A DNA stretch of 64,000 bases, from IMG/VR virus record IMGVR_UViG_3300027969_000050, positions 1 to 64,000 of that record, one strand, 5' to 3'. Within the stretch, counting starts at the first letter, position 1, and every line of letters starts with the position of its first letter. Of this stretch, positions 10,563 to 20,747 are shown in pieces. Both the position numbers and the translations under genes were made by a program. The notes under the pieces were generated by a model. That model saw nothing but the letters and a program-made list of their open reading frames with translations, had not been told where the DNA came from and did not search any database. The DNA comes from a virus.

Positions 10563-12629
10563 CTAGTAGCTCGGGCTGAGGTTTTTGCCCTTCTTGGGGT
10601 TCTTAGGAAGCTCGTCCTCATGCTGTTTAAACCATTGACCGGCCTTGCCAGTAAAGGCAACTTTTATTTGCTGTGAGTCGTCTAGTTCACCGCTGGCTAT
10701 TTTCTTTATGGCCTCCGCGTCGCCCTTGCTTGCTTTCTTGATTACATCTTCTAACGCCTTGGGGTCATTGATGTCATACCCCATTTGGTTTTGTATCATT
10801 TGCCCGATAAGGGCCTTTCTTTTGCTCGGGTCGGTATCCATAATGGCCTGTTGCTGATCTGCGCTAAACCCACCGAACTGCCCATCTTTCTTCATGTTGG
10901 GGAGCTGCATTTTAGCTAGGTCTTGCTTTAGAAGTTTGTCATTACCTATATCGGTAAACATATTTGATGCAGCGGCCATTTGATCGCCATGAAGCCCGAC
11001 CCTTACCTCCTCGGCGGTCAGCCCGCTAAGAGTTGATAGCTTCGCTTCTTTCTGCGCCGCTGCCGATTCAACCAAGCGACCTTGGTTGTCGTACTTGTCT
11101 GTGAAACTTCCGCCAATTGTTCTTGACATGCCTCGAAGAACACTGTTAGTCGCCCCAAGAACGGAAGATGGAGAGGCGCCCGCAACAGCGTCTGGATGAA
11201 TTCCGTACTGAAGCGCCATTTGACCCTGAACCAAAGCATTGTTTGAAAAGTCGTTTGCCATTGCCCCAGTAACTCCGGCCTGTCCGTAACGTGCAACCTG
11301 CTTAAATGCTTGATTGTTTGTTAGTTGCGGATTAGATGCATGGAAGGCCTGCGCGGCTTCGCCCATTTGCTGAACGTTTAGGCCTGCGGTCATTGCCGCT
11401 GCCGCAAGATTTCTAAGATTTGTTGAGGCTTGTTCGTATGTTGCCGCGCCATTTCGTGTTTGTTCGTGCATCAATTCGTTGTATTGACCCGGAGCCATTG
11501 TCGGCACGGCAGACATGCGGTCCTTGGAGTAGTTTGACTGCGCGACGTCAAATTCATTTCCCCTCATATTGACTTGCATCGAGGATTCGGCAAAATCGCC
11601 TCTTTCTTTGAGACTGTAAAGGCCTAATGACCTCATACCCATAGGGTCAGTAATATCCCTCCCGCCGCTTAGCGCTCGACCAAATCGATAACCGGCCTCG
11701 CTTCCCGTTCCGGGTCTGTCTTTGTCAAACGTACCTTTGAATAATGCGTTACCGAGTCCCGCAGTCGCTCCCAGCATGGTTGGGTCTTGACCCTGCAAGC
11801 CCATACTTGAAGTCATATTTGTTGCAAGTCCGGGTGCGCCAAAAAAACCTCCGCCAAGGAGCTGAGGAATAAGGCCCTGCGTGGCTGCTGCATACGGAGC
11901 AACCTGTCCAAAAGCTGTTAGCGTTCGTCCGGCCCTTAGTTTGTTTGTATCTCCCATTTGCTTGGCCATTGCAGACGCGGCCTGATGAGCCTGATCGGCT
12001 GCATCAACGGACGTCATGCCGCTATCAATTCCTTGCGTATAAGCCTCGTTATAGTTGCCTGTATAGCGCCCAAGGGCGCGACCAGCGACAACCTTGCCCG
12101 CCATTCTCATGTAATCCTGAGGATTGAAGTTGTTAATACGCGGAATTTGCAGCGGATCTCCATAAAAACCCGCATTTGTCATGTATCGAGGAGCGTCTCC
12201 GGGTAGGCCGCCAGATGAAAAGGTTGAATACCCGCCACCATTGTCGCCCATCCCACCTCCGCCTCCGGTGCCTCCGTACCCTGCTGCATCCGCATTAGGA
12301 CCGCTAGGCCGAGCGCCAGCGCCAAGTATGCCATTGGCGGCTCCAGAAGCAGTTGCTCGAGATCCGCCAGTGCTTACTCCGCCAGATGTGGTGGTACTGC
12401 CTCCGGGAAGAATGCCTCCAAGCTCCTCAAATGGCGTCCGACCCGACCCAGCCGATCCAGCGCCAGACTGTTGAACGATCCTTCTAAGGCTTTCCATGTC
12501 GGTAGCCATCTTGTCCTTGATGTCGCTCATCGACGCACGAACACCGTCAAGAGCGTTCACAAATGCCATCAAAGCCGCACGGGACTCTTCATCGAGAGGG
12601 GATAGCTTTACCTCAATATCTTCTGGCAT
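10563..12629 (-). CDS. Tape measure protein
   Basis: Ala/Gly/Met-rich helical ~690 aa protein directly after the chaperone pair. Confidence 0.75.
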   Translation of the reverse strand: MPEDIEVKLSPLDEESRAALMAFVNALDGVRASMSDIKDKMATDMESLRRIVQQSGAGSAGSGRTPFEELGGILPGGSTTTSGGVSTGGSRATASGAANGILGAGARPSGPNADAAGYGGTGGGGGMGDNGGGYSTFSSGGLPGDAPRYMTNAGFYGDPLQIPRINNFNPQDYMRMAGKVVAGRALGRYTGNYNEAYTQGIDSGMTSVDAADQAHQAASAMAKQMGDTNKLRAGRTLTAFGQVAPYAAATQGLIPQLLGGGFFGAPGLATNMTSSMGLQGQDPTMLGATAGLGNALFKGTFDKDRPGTGSEAGYRFGRALSGGRDITDPMGMRSLGLYSLKERGDFAESSMQVNMRGNEFDVAQSNYSKDRMSAVPTMAPGQYNELMHEQTRNGAATYEQASTNLRNLAAAAMTAGLNVQQMGEAAQAFHASNPQLTNNQAFKQVARYGQAGVTGAMANDFSNNALVQGQMALQYGIHPDAVAGASPSSVLGATNSVLRGMSRTIGGSFTDKYDNQGRLVESAAAQKEAKLSTLSGLTAEEVRVGLHGDQMAAASNMFTDIGNDKLLKQDLAKMQLPNMKKDGQFGGFSADQQQAIMDTDPSKRKALIGQMIQNQMGYDINDPKALEDVIKKASKGDAEAIKKIASGELDDSQQIKVAFTGKAGQWFKQHEDELPKNPKKGKNLSPSY

Positions 12630-12685
12630 CACTAATTATTGTCCGTTGTGAGCCATGTTGAACATACGGATCGGCAAAGAAGCCT

Positions 12686-13021
12686 TTACGGCTTCTGATT
12701 TTGCATATTGGCGATCATTTCGTTGAGTTCATCTGGATCCGGATGCACCCATTCAAGCTCCTGCTCAATTTTTTCTTTTGTATCAGCAAACAGAGCGTCG
12801 TACATCTTAGGATTGGTCACGAAAGTATTCGCCTTGAACTGGTCAAGGGTCTCGTCTTGTCGCGCTTCATCCTCAAGCGCTATTGCGTAAACCAATAACG
12901 CTAACTGAACTCCGTTTAGTCCTCGATCCGATCCAGAATTTGAGTCAACTCGAAGTCCCCCTGATCTTTCGAGAAGTCGGGCGAGGGATTTGATGTATCC
13001 CGACTCCTGACTGATAAATCC
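12686..13021 (-). CDS. Tail assembly chaperone, frameshifted C-terminal extension (gpT-like)
   Basis: -1 frame is open from GGATTTA (13021-13015) through ORF 12686..12895. Confidence 0.7.
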   Translation of the reverse strand, partial: GFISQESGYIKSLARLLERSGGLRVDSNSGSDRGLNGVQLALLVYAIALEDEARQDETLDQFKANTFVTNPKMYDALFADTKEKIEQELEWVHPDPDELNEMIANMQNQKP

Positions 13022-13458
13022 CGTAAGGCATTTAGAGCCTCTTCCTGCTCGGCTCCCAGTTCAGCAAACTGTGAAAACAGGAATGCAATTACCGGCCAGT
13101 ACCAGCCACCAACAAAGTTGAACCTATCTCGTCCATTCTGAAGCCGATCCGGACCCAAAGCGGTACAGAACTCGGAATCGCCATCAACGGACTTTAGAGA
13201 GAGCGCAACGTTAGCCATAGCCCATGCTTTAGCTTGACCAAGAGTCTCAATGTACTCTTGAGTGAGAGTTGCGACGATTAGATCGTCGTCAGCCTTAAGA
13301 GTCCTCAGAACGAATGAATGGCCACCATAAGAAGTTTCTTTCTCAAGATGCCCAAGCCACGCTAATCCACTAACTGCTGTTTGAATCCTGTCGGGGAATC
13401 CGTAAAAAGGATCCTCGGTTGATTCATACGTCTCTTCATCCAGCGCTTTGTCTGTCAA
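12916..13458 (-). CDS. Tail assembly chaperone (gpG-like)
   Basis: Between tube and tape measure; GHSFVLRTL..DDLIVA..AKAWAMANVALSLKSVDG. Confidence 0.75.
   Translation of the reverse strand: MTDKALDEETYESTEDPFYGFPDRIQTAVSGLAWLGHLEKETSYGGHSFVLRTLKADDDLIVATLTQEYIETLGQAKAWAMANVALSLKSVDGDSEFCTALGPDRLQNGRDRFNFVGGWYWPVIAFLFSQFAELGAEQEEALNALRDLSVRSRDTSNPSPDFSKDQGDFELTQILDRIED
13015..13021 (-). other. Predicted -1 ribosomal frameshift site G GAT TTA
   Basis: Zero-frame codons GAT TTA re-pair as GGA TTT in the frame of the downstream ORF; canonical G/GT position. Confidence 0.65.
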
Positions 13459-13539
13459 CGAACACCGCCCTTAACTTGTTTGGAACTACTTACTGGTTAC
13501 TAGGACAGAAATGCTTGAAGAATTAAGCTCTGTCGCTGC

Positions 13540-14103
13540 TTAGTTGTTAAAAGTGACGTCGTTCGGGTCAGGATAGTTAATTGAAGAAGCCGACGAACTT
13601 GTGACCTGAGTGTAAGCAACGGTGATTTGCTTGAGGATTTCCATGGTGCCAACCTCAATGGTCTCGCCGTCAGCTACGTTTGTAATCACGCAGTTGTGGT
13701 ACTGCTCAATGTAAGGTGAGACGCTTGAACCCTTAGGAGGGCGAACAACCTTAACAAGATCAATTGGGCGAGGGGTATCCGAAACGATGCGGAAGATGTC
13801 AGCAAGGTCACGAATTGGGCTACCTGAAGTGGCCTGAGCAAAAGTCTTAAGACGGCCCCAAATCTTCTGGCCATAAATTTCGTAGAACTCAAGCACCAAG
13901 GTACCCATGCCAATAGCCCTAGGGGTAATAATCTCGAGAGGACGAGCGGCATCCATTGGGTGAATAGGAACAGGACCCGGGCCAACTGGCTGCGGAGACT
14001 GATGCACGATCTGGCGTGCGCTTCCGATGGGCTGATTATCCCACATGAAAACGGTAAACCCAGACCCACCAACTCGATATCGTTTTGCGTTAATCTCTGC
14101 CAT
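13540..14103 (-). CDS. Tail tube protein
   Basis: 187 aa after sheath; RVGGSGFTVF..PLEIITPRAIGMGTLVL..YHNCVIT..DGETIEVGTMEILKQITVAYT. Confidence 0.85.
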   Translation of the reverse strand: MAEINAKRYRVGGSGFTVFMWDNQPIGSARQIVHQSPQPVGPGPVPIHPMDAARPLEIITPRAIGMGTLVLEFYEIYGQKIWGRLKTFAQATSGSPIRDLADIFRIVSDTPRPIDLVKVVRPPKGSSVSPYIEQYHNCVITNVADGETIEVGTMEILKQITVAYTQVTSSSASSINYPDPNDVTFNN

Positions 14104-14106
14104 AGT

Positions 14107-15570
14107 TTATGCCGTAGTCGCAGTGTTTAGAGTCGCAGTTGCAGTTGCGAGATTGATTGAGAACCCAACGTTAATGTAGTTGAGTGGGAATGAAGGCCTG
14201 TACGAGAACCTAACATCCATTTGAGTTGGATCCGTTGTTACAAGACGCGCCTGTACGTCTTGGAAGTCAACAATTTCACCAGCAGTTTTAAGAAGCTGCA
14301 AGACGCCGATAACGGCTGCCTGTACAGTTGCGCCAGCAAGGTCATCGGCAATCGTTTGGCCAATGATCTGAGTTTCAAGAGTCTGACGAATCGAAGAAAT
14401 CATACGACCCTTGGCACGAACAACCGAAAGCTCTGATTCGTATGTTGGAGTAAGGTCAAGCGTCTTGGAATGGCGCACCTGATTGACACCTAGTTGAGGA
14501 TGTACAACAAGGAGGCCGCTTCCGGCATCGTCGTCTAGGTCTGGGCGGGTGCGGAAGTCAATATTTGAGACGCCAATAACGCTTTGACGGGTGATGGATC
14601 GTGACGGTAGTCGCGCAGAAAGCATTCCGCCAATTGCCGCTGCTAGGTACTGTCCGCCTAGAGTGTAGACCGTGTTTGCATCAACGGAGCGCGTAAATTT
14701 CGCAGGAGAAACCATCGCTGCTTGTTTTGCGTATGTTGCTCCGTTTGAGCTAGACCTAATATTTCCAGCGGTGGTGCGTAGGGCCGTAATTCCCGCCGCA
14801 AAATCAAGCGCCGTTCCGTCTTGACCTAAGACAGCAAAGACTTGATTTTGGTAAGTTTCATTGGCAGTACGCTGGTAATTTTGAACGGCAGTAAAGATAT
14901 CTGCTTGGTTTGTGCTGTCCGAAACTACTGGAACAACGATTGAAACGTCTTCTATGCCATGAAGCGTATTCAGCGCCGTTTGCCAAGCGGTAGACGTGGA
15001 CTTATTTGCCGTAGAGATTGGCAATGCGTATACGGAGCGCGCACCGTTTTCAAAAGCAAACTTGATACCTAAGGTAAGCGGAGTAAGAACCGTAGTGTTT
15101 GAGGTGTTAAAAGGAAGTCCGTAAATTTCTTCAGCGTCTGAATAGTTGGTTACAAGACGAGCGGAATAGTAATTTGAAGGGACATAAGTGATTGTAATCG
15201 TGACGTTGTACGTTGCTTCACTTGTGGAACCCCTTACAAGCTTGATCTGAGGAGTGGTGCCACTTGACCAAGTAAGAACGTACTTGAGAGCGCTTCCCGT
15301 GCTAGGAATGATCTGAGTCACGCCGCTGGCATCAACGTATGAAACCGAGGTGACGGCAACTCCTGTCGCGCTGGCAGGAATTTCTGAGATAGCGCTATCG
15401 ACTCCGCTTGTGCTAGAGGCTAAGGTCCTTGTTACGGTCTTTGCCGCGTAGCCCTGAGCAGCCTCTCCCACAATTACGATTGTTCCTGCTGGAGTCAAAC
15501 CGGGCAAAACAGACTGCGTGGTTAACTCTGAGACGCTTACTCCGGGGGAAATATAATTATTAATTGCCAT
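14107..15570 (-). CDS. Tail sheath protein
   Basis: N-terminal YISPGVSV and C-terminal VRFSYRPSFPLNYINVGF typical of contractile sheaths. Confidence 0.9.
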   Translation of the reverse strand: MAINNYISPGVSVSELTTQSVLPGLTPAGTIVIVGEAAQGYAAKTVTRTLASSTSGVDSAISEIPASATGVAVTSVSYVDASGVTQIIPSTGSALKYVLTWSSGTTPQIKLVRGSTSEATYNVTITITYVPSNYYSARLVTNYSDAEEIYGLPFNTSNTTVLTPLTLGIKFAFENGARSVYALPISTANKSTSTAWQTALNTLHGIEDVSIVVPVVSDSTNQADIFTAVQNYQRTANETYQNQVFAVLGQDGTALDFAAGITALRTTAGNIRSSSNGATYAKQAAMVSPAKFTRSVDANTVYTLGGQYLAAAIGGMLSARLPSRSITRQSVIGVSNIDFRTRPDLDDDAGSGLLVVHPQLGVNQVRHSKTLDLTPTYESELSVVRAKGRMISSIRQTLETQIIGQTIADDLAGATVQAAVIGVLQLLKTAGEIVDFQDVQARLVTTDPTQMDVRFSYRPSFPLNYINVGFSINLATATATLNTATTA

Positions 15571-15623
15571 CGTTGATTAATATGCCGCTTGAGACAATAA
15601 GATAGTTACCAACAGATCCGACT

Positions 15624-16286
15624 TTAGGAAGTCCAAGCCGGAGGCTCTTGAATGTCTTCGATGTAAGGCTTTTGATTGACTTTTTCAAGGATTCCGAAGG
15701 TCTTGTCGGTCTCTTCAAGAGAATAAAACTCTCCTCCAACATCGCACCTGTAGCTTGTCTGATAGACCATTTGTGTATCCGGTTCCCAAGGGGCAGGAGT
15801 CTCAGCTTCGCCTAGACCACTAATGATGTCGGTGTTGATGTTGATGAAGTTTGTCTGTGATTCGGGAAGAACTGATTCGTACACGCGCATAAAGAACTTA
15901 TTCGTGTACTCCTGAAGATCGCCCATCGACAAAGTTTGGACGATTGTGTCCGCAATTAAATCCCTGTCAATAGAAGAAAGAGCGTAAACGGCGAATTCGA
16001 TCTCCCCGGTGTACAGGTAATGCTTGAATTTTTTATTTTGGATTCCGCCTCCAGCAACTGCGACCGGGACAACCTCAAAGTGGCCAACGCCCATGTTCTT
16101 GATCTGGCTCTCAAAAAACCTTACGATCACTGACGGGTAGAGGTTCTTATCCTGCGGGTATTCGATTGATACCTTGGTTTTGGCAAGTAGCTTGTCCGGA
16201 TGACTGGCAAACACCTCGCGCATAGATTCAACCATTGACCTTTTGATCGATGTCTTGTAATGGATTGTCTTCTCTGGAGTCGCCAT
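15624..16286 (-). CDS. Tail terminator/completion protein
   Basis: VSIEYP..YPSVIV, FAVYALSSIDRD; directly upstream of sheath. Confidence 0.65.
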   Translation of the reverse strand: MATPEKTIHYKTSIKRSMVESMREVFASHPDKLLAKTKVSIEYPQDKNLYPSVIVRFFESQIKNMGVGHFEVVPVAVAGGGIQNKKFKHYLYTGEIEFAVYALSSIDRDLIADTIVQTLSMGDLQEYTNKFFMRVYESVLPESQTNFININTDIISGLGEAETPAPWEPDTQMVYQTSYRCDVGGEFYSLEETDKTFGILEKVNQKPYIEDIQEPPAWTS

Positions 16287-16786
16287 TAGAACAGTTGTCC
16301 TTGCTCGCCATTAGGATCGTCAATTGTTTTGACAGAACGCGGTTTACTGGCCTTAGGCTTGATTGGGATGACTTCAGGCTCAAATAATTTTTTCTGGGAC
16401 TTGAACAAGTCAAAGTAGTTTCTTCCCGCCCTTGCCTCAGCGATAACGGCGGTTCTAACCGACTCAGTGTTTTCCTTAACGGCCTGAGTTAAAGCGTCCT
16501 CTGCAATCTTGCGAAAAGTTTTTCTGATCGTCTGGCGGGCCTCGAGGTCCACAATTCCGTCAAAGTTGTAATCAACGGTCAGTCCAAGACTTGGGTTATC
16601 AAGGTTCTGCGGTTTTGGCTTAAAGTAATTTCCCACGCCAACAAACTGAGCAACTTTCTTCAGCAAGCCTTCCTCCATGCCTTGATCCTGAAGCGCCTGC
16701 CTGTACGAGGGAACGTTTGCGTTAGCTATTTGAACAGCCCTATTGACAATCGTCTTGTGGGCATTGGCTACATCTAAAGAGGCCAT
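16286..16786 (-). CDS. Hypothetical neck-region protein
   Basis: 166 aa, TAATG coupled on both sides. Confidence 0.5.
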   Translation of the reverse strand: MASLDVANAHKTIVNRAVQIANANVPSYRQALQDQGMEEGLLKKVAQFVGVGNYFKPKPQNLDNPSLGLTVDYNFDGIVDLEARQTIRKTFRKIAEDALTQAVKENTESVRTAVIAEARAGRNYFDLFKSQKKLFEPEVIPIKPKASKPRSVKTIDDPNGEQGQLF

Positions 16787-17574
16787 TATCGGTCAGTCTC
16801 AACTTGATAAAGAACATTGTTGTCAGGAACCTTGGCCATCTCAAAGGTCTGGTTGATCATGTAGCGGTTTGGGCCATATGAGTTCCCATACTCACGAAGA
16901 CCTTTGCGATCAAGGCCTCGAATAGAAACGGGCTGAACGTTTTTTAATTCAAAGCGCTCAGCGGCGTCAAGGATGTCGCCCCGTGAGTCAATCGTGACAT
17001 TGACAAGCAAGTCATTGTCGGCAAACGTAGGAAACCACGGAGCTTGGGCCGTAGCCGTTTGCGTTTGATACATCGCTCCAGATTCGGTCAGCTTGAAGAA
17101 ATCTTGAGCGGCGTCAGGCTCAATTATATAAACAAGATATCCGGGGCCGTACCCTCTGTATTTAGGAGCCTTAACATACGAAGCACCGGGCGAAGAGGTT
17201 TCGTAAACAATCTCTCCGTCTGGAGAAACCCATTCGTTATTGGCGGTCTCTACAGATACAAGACCGACTCCGTGTCCAATTGGATCCTCATTGCGCTGAG
17301 TGGCATAAACGTCGTCCCAAGAAGAAGCCGTTTTGACTCCGCCGTGCTTTACGTCGTCAAAGTTATAACGATGCTTTACTAGCACCGGAGTTCCAAGTCG
17401 GCGCATAGCGTCATACACCTGTCGCCGCCGCCTCTTAATGTCTTGAGGGATCTTCTCGTCCCCGACGTATTTGGTCGCCCAGATCACGCCATCGCTATTT
17501 GCCTGTACCTTGAATCCGTTAAAGGTCGAGCTGGCGTAGGCGTTTAGAGTCGGTGCGGCCTCATAGGTGGACAT
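16786..17574 (-). CDS. Putative head-tail connector/stopper (neck) protein
   Basis: Position; AQAPWFPTFADNDLLV..ERFEL..VQPVSIR pattern. Confidence 0.55.
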   Translation of the reverse strand: MSTYEAAPTLNAYASSTFNGFKVQANSDGVIWATKYVGDEKIPQDIKRRRRQVYDAMRRLGTPVLVKHRYNFDDVKHGGVKTASSWDDVYATQRNEDPIGHGVGLVSVETANNEWVSPDGEIVYETSSPGASYVKAPKYRGYGPGYLVYIIEPDAAQDFFKLTESGAMYQTQTATAQAPWFPTFADNDLLVNVTIDSRGDILDAAERFELKNVQPVSIRGLDRKGLREYGNSYGPNRYMINQTFEMAKVPDNNVLYQVETDR

Positions 17575-18393
17575 TTAGTCAATGGCCAAAGCTAACTGGC
17601 CCGGTTTGATGACCAGTAAGTCGTTGACCCTCAACGCCTGTGGGCTAAGGAGGGCGCCACGCCAATAAATCTCGTCCGCCGTGCTAACCGTAGCGTTTTT
17701 CCTTAAGGCAACATGCGTGACGTTGCCAGCGGCTTTCATGTCAATACTGATCTTGGTTGCGTTATACGCCGTTCCGTTGGAAACGGTCCAGTCCGCCGCA
17801 AGCATTCTATACCGCTCTCCAATCTCATTTCCTCCGGTACCCTCAAATCCGGGATCGCCATCGTAGAAAGCAATCCACGTCTGATCAATTTCATTGAACT
17901 TATTTGTAGCGCCGGGAACAAAAATGTGATCAAGAATAAGGCGACAAAGATCTTTACAAAGAGCGGACCCGGTAAGGCCAAAGACAACCTTTGTTAGGTA
18001 TAGCTGGTCAATATCCTGATAGGTCCTTACCGCCGTCCCTGTTAGCATTTCAGTCCAAATAACGCTATTGGCTTCGTTAACAAGACCAATAGCAACAACG
18101 TTTCCCGATGTCGCGGCGGAAAAATCAAACTTCTCAGTGGTAGGAATATAAGTTCTCGACTTGTCTCCGGAACTAAACGAGTTAATAGCAGAAACGGCAT
18201 TTGGCGATGACCCATAGGTTCCAAGGACAACATACGGAGTAGTTAGACTGACCGCTCCGCCGACATCGCCATTTTCTCCGGGTGCGATTGTGTATAGCTG
18301 AAGCCTAAGAGACACTGGCTTTTCCCATGAGTCACCCTCGGTGCCGGTTAGCTTTTTTAAAATCGCGTTTTCGTAGAAGTTAGTAAGGCTCAT
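17575..18393 (-). CDS. Virion structural protein with two tandem copies of one beta domain
   Basis: LQLYTIAPG..GNVVAIGL repeated as IAFYDGDPG..GNVTHVAL. Confidence 0.55.
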   Translation of the reverse strand: MSLTNFYENAILKKLTGTEGDSWEKPVSLRLQLYTIAPGENGDVGGAVSLTTPYVVLGTYGSSPNAVSAINSFSSGDKSRTYIPTTEKFDFSAATSGNVVAIGLVNEANSVIWTEMLTGTAVRTYQDIDQLYLTKVVFGLTGSALCKDLCRLILDHIFVPGATNKFNEIDQTWIAFYDGDPGFEGTGGNEIGERYRMLAADWTVSNGTAYNATKISIDMKAAGNVTHVALRKNATVSTADEIYWRGALLSPQALRVNDLLVIKPGQLALAID

Positions 18394-19229
18394 TAGTAGT
18401 ATCCTCGTCCCATGTTACGGGTACGCATAGGCGCAGGAATAAGTCGGCCAGCCTTTGAGGCCACGAGGCCCTTTGCCTTGCCCAACTGTAGGTACTTGCG
18501 CTTCCAAAGGGCGATCCAACGTGAGTACGTTTCAAGTTCAATTTGGTATGTCTCCTGCCAGCGCTGTAGGTAGTCACGACGATCCTCGTAGACAACCTGC
18601 GCCCCAATTGGCTGCGGCTGCTCGACGTAGGAACGAATAAGATGACGAACAACCGATAAGAAAGTCGATTGAACTAGCAAGGGGAGATCGGCGGTCGGAT
18701 CGCTTCCAGCGAAGAATCCATCAATGCCAATATTTGTTGGCGGGTTCTGCTGATTGATGTCAAACAGACCTTCCGCAATAAAGTCCTGCATCTTGCCTTT
18801 ATTGAAAAAATTAAGAGTCATGTCTCGAAGCCATGGACCTTCAATTTCAGAATCAAAACAGTCTTCGATCTTGTCCCAAACACGATTTGCCACGATTTCT
18901 TCTGGAGAAGGCACGGGAGGGTTAAACGGGTCAAAGACCTCAAACCCAGTCGTGCTTGACCTGCGAGAGCCGTCTGCGGTTGTGAAGGTTGCAACTGCAA
19001 TATAGAGGCCCGGATCTTCGGTGTCATCAAACTTCAGCGTTCCAATTCCATCTTCGGTAATTTCTCCGGATACAGATACAACTACCTTGTCGGGCTTTTG
19101 AATCTGCCAATTGACCGACTGTAGGTCATCATATGAAACTGGATTGCCATTTACATCGAACAAGGGCGTAGCTAGTTCCGCCGTATCGTTTATGGCAACA
19201 ACAATGTCATCGCGGTCATAGCCAAGCAT
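18393..19229 (-). CDS. Head-tail adaptor with N-terminal Ig-like domain
   Basis: DCFDSEIEGPWL..HLIRSYVEQP..DRRDYLQRW recalls cluster C-type adaptor; position. Confidence 0.65.
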   Translation of the reverse strand: MLGYDRDDIVVAINDTAELATPLFDVNGNPVSYDDLQSVNWQIQKPDKVVVSVSGEITEDGIGTLKFDDTEDPGLYIAVATFTTADGSRRSSTTGFEVFDPFNPPVPSPEEIVANRVWDKIEDCFDSEIEGPWLRDMTLNFFNKGKMQDFIAEGLFDINQQNPPTNIGIDGFFAGSDPTADLPLLVQSTFLSVVRHLIRSYVEQPQPIGAQVVYEDRRDYLQRWQETYQIELETYSRWIALWKRKYLQLGKAKGLVASKAGRLIPAPMRTRNMGRGYY

Positions 19230-19297
19230 CTACCTTTTACGCTGTAGGAAGCAATACTTTTCTGGCTCGACCCAAATGAACATTTTCTAATTTTGTG

Positions 19298-19306
19298 TGC
19301 TATAAT
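19298..19306 (+). promoter_or_regulatory. Extended -10 promoter (TG-C-TATAAT) of ligase cassette
   Basis: Perfect consensus 9 nt before ATG 19316. Confidence 0.75.
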
Positions 19307-19315
19307 ATTGGAACA

Positions 19316-20197
19316 ATGAATCCCAATCGACTCGCACATAACGCAGAAGCAGCCCCAATTAGCTCGGCGCTATCAGATCCTAACTCGGTCATGGAACCGA
19401 AACTGGACGGAATCCGCCTGCTTGCAATCATTGACGATCAAGTCAATCTCTACACCCGCTCTGGCAAGTGCCAAACCGGAAAGCTTCCAGCCATCGAGGC
19501 AGAACTGGCAAGCCTTCCAGCGGGAACCGTTCTGGACGGCGAGATTGTCGCGTTTGTTGAAACAAACGGAAAGCGCGTACAGGATTGGGGCAAGGCCCAG
19601 TCGGTAATGGGATCCGCCGTAAAACGAGCGGCAAGCCTATCCGATGCGCTTACCTACGTTACCTTTGATCTACTAAGCTATGACGGAGTAGACGTTCGCT
19701 CCCTTCCCCTGTGGAAGCGTCGCCAAGCGCTAGAGCGCGTTGTTGAGACCTCAGATCGAGTTGAGGTCATTGATCAGATCGAGCCTACCGAAGAAAACTA
19801 CGACAACCTAGTCCTTGACGGGTTTGAAGGCGCAATGGTCAAGCGCCTAAACTCTCGCTACGCATCAGGAGCCAGAGGGCAAGGCTGGTTTAAGCTAAAG
19901 GCCACAGACGAGGTAGATGTTGTCGTTATGGGCTTTCAGGCTGGTCGGGACGGGTTCTCAGGAATGATTGGTGCTATAATCTTCGGTCAGTACCGTGACG
20001 GCAAGCTAGAAGAGCGCGGCAAGTGCAGCGGAATGGTAATGAAGCTGCGTCAGGCAATGAGCGACAAGCCAGACGATTACATCGGCACACCAATTTCAGT
20101 CGCTCATATGGGCGTTATGGAGTCAGGCAAGTTCCGACACCCACAGTTCAAGCGCCTACGCGACGACAAACCAGCAGACGAATGTGAATGGAGCTAA
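19316..20197 (+). CDS. lig: ATP-dependent DNA ligase (minimal adenylation plus OB domain)
   Basis: Motif I EPKLDGIR, LDGEIV, TFDLL, EGAMVKR, WFKLK, FRHP. Confidence 0.95.
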   Translation: MNPNRLAHNAEAAPISSALSDPNSVMEPKLDGIRLLAIIDDQVNLYTRSGKCQTGKLPAIEAELASLPAGTVLDGEIVAFVETNGKRVQDWGKAQSVMGSAVKRAASLSDALTYVTFDLLSYDGVDVRSLPLWKRRQALERVVETSDRVEVIDQIEPTEENYDNLVLDGFEGAMVKRLNSRYASGARGQGWFKLKATDEVDVVVMGFQAGRDGFSGMIGAIIFGQYRDGKLEERGKCSGMVMKLRQAMSDKPDDYIGTPISVAHMGVMESGKFRHPQFKRLRDDKPADECEWS

Positions 20198-20696
20198 AGT
20201 GGCGACTAGGATAAGTGGCAACTGGAGGTACTACAGCAAGGGTCAATACATCTATTGCTGGACAACCGACAGGCAGTACCACGCAAACAACAAATACGTC
20301 TCGTTTGTCCGGCGTATGCACAAGACCAAAGGTGCCTATGTGACGGTTGATTCAAAGACCGCCACTCACGCAACTCGCGTCAAGGCCAAGTTACGAGCGC
20401 AAAAGCTCGCGGGCATGAACGTCGAGGTCAAAAAGAGCGCACCTAAAGAGAAGATGCCGTCAGATCACGGCTACTGTATGAAATGCAAGGGTTCTCGCTT
20501 CATTGCCAATTCCGAAAAGGTAGAGAAGCACACCAAGCAAGGCACAAGATACGCCTTGGTTGGATCCTGCGAAGACTGTGGAACCTCGATCTGCAAGTTT
20601 GTGGCGGATACTCGGCATTGCAACAATTGTAATACGACCAAGAAAGAATCTGACTTCATGATCAATGACTACGTTTGTCGCGCCTGTCGATGGTAA
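20184..20696 (+). CDS. Zinc-ribbon protein (DUF5679-like)
   Basis: YCMKCK..GSCEDCGTSICKF plus extra CxxC pairs. Confidence 0.6.
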   Translation: MNGAKVATRISGNWRYYSKGQYIYCWTTDRQYHANNKYVSFVRRMHKTKGAYVTVDSKTATHATRVKAKLRAQKLAGMNVEVKKSAPKEKMPSDHGYCMKCKGSRFIANSEKVEKHTKQGTRYALVGSCEDCGTSICKFVADTRHCNNCNTTKKESDFMINDYVCRACRW

Positions 20697-20701
20697 AGGA
20701 A

Positions 20702-20722
20702 GGGGCCGCATATAGCGGCCCC
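20702..20722. terminator. Hairpin between convergent genes
   Basis: GGGGCCGC-ATATA-GCGGCCCC perfect inverted repeat. Confidence 0.75.
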
Positions 20723-20747
20723 AAATCCAGCGTCTTCTCTGGAACCC

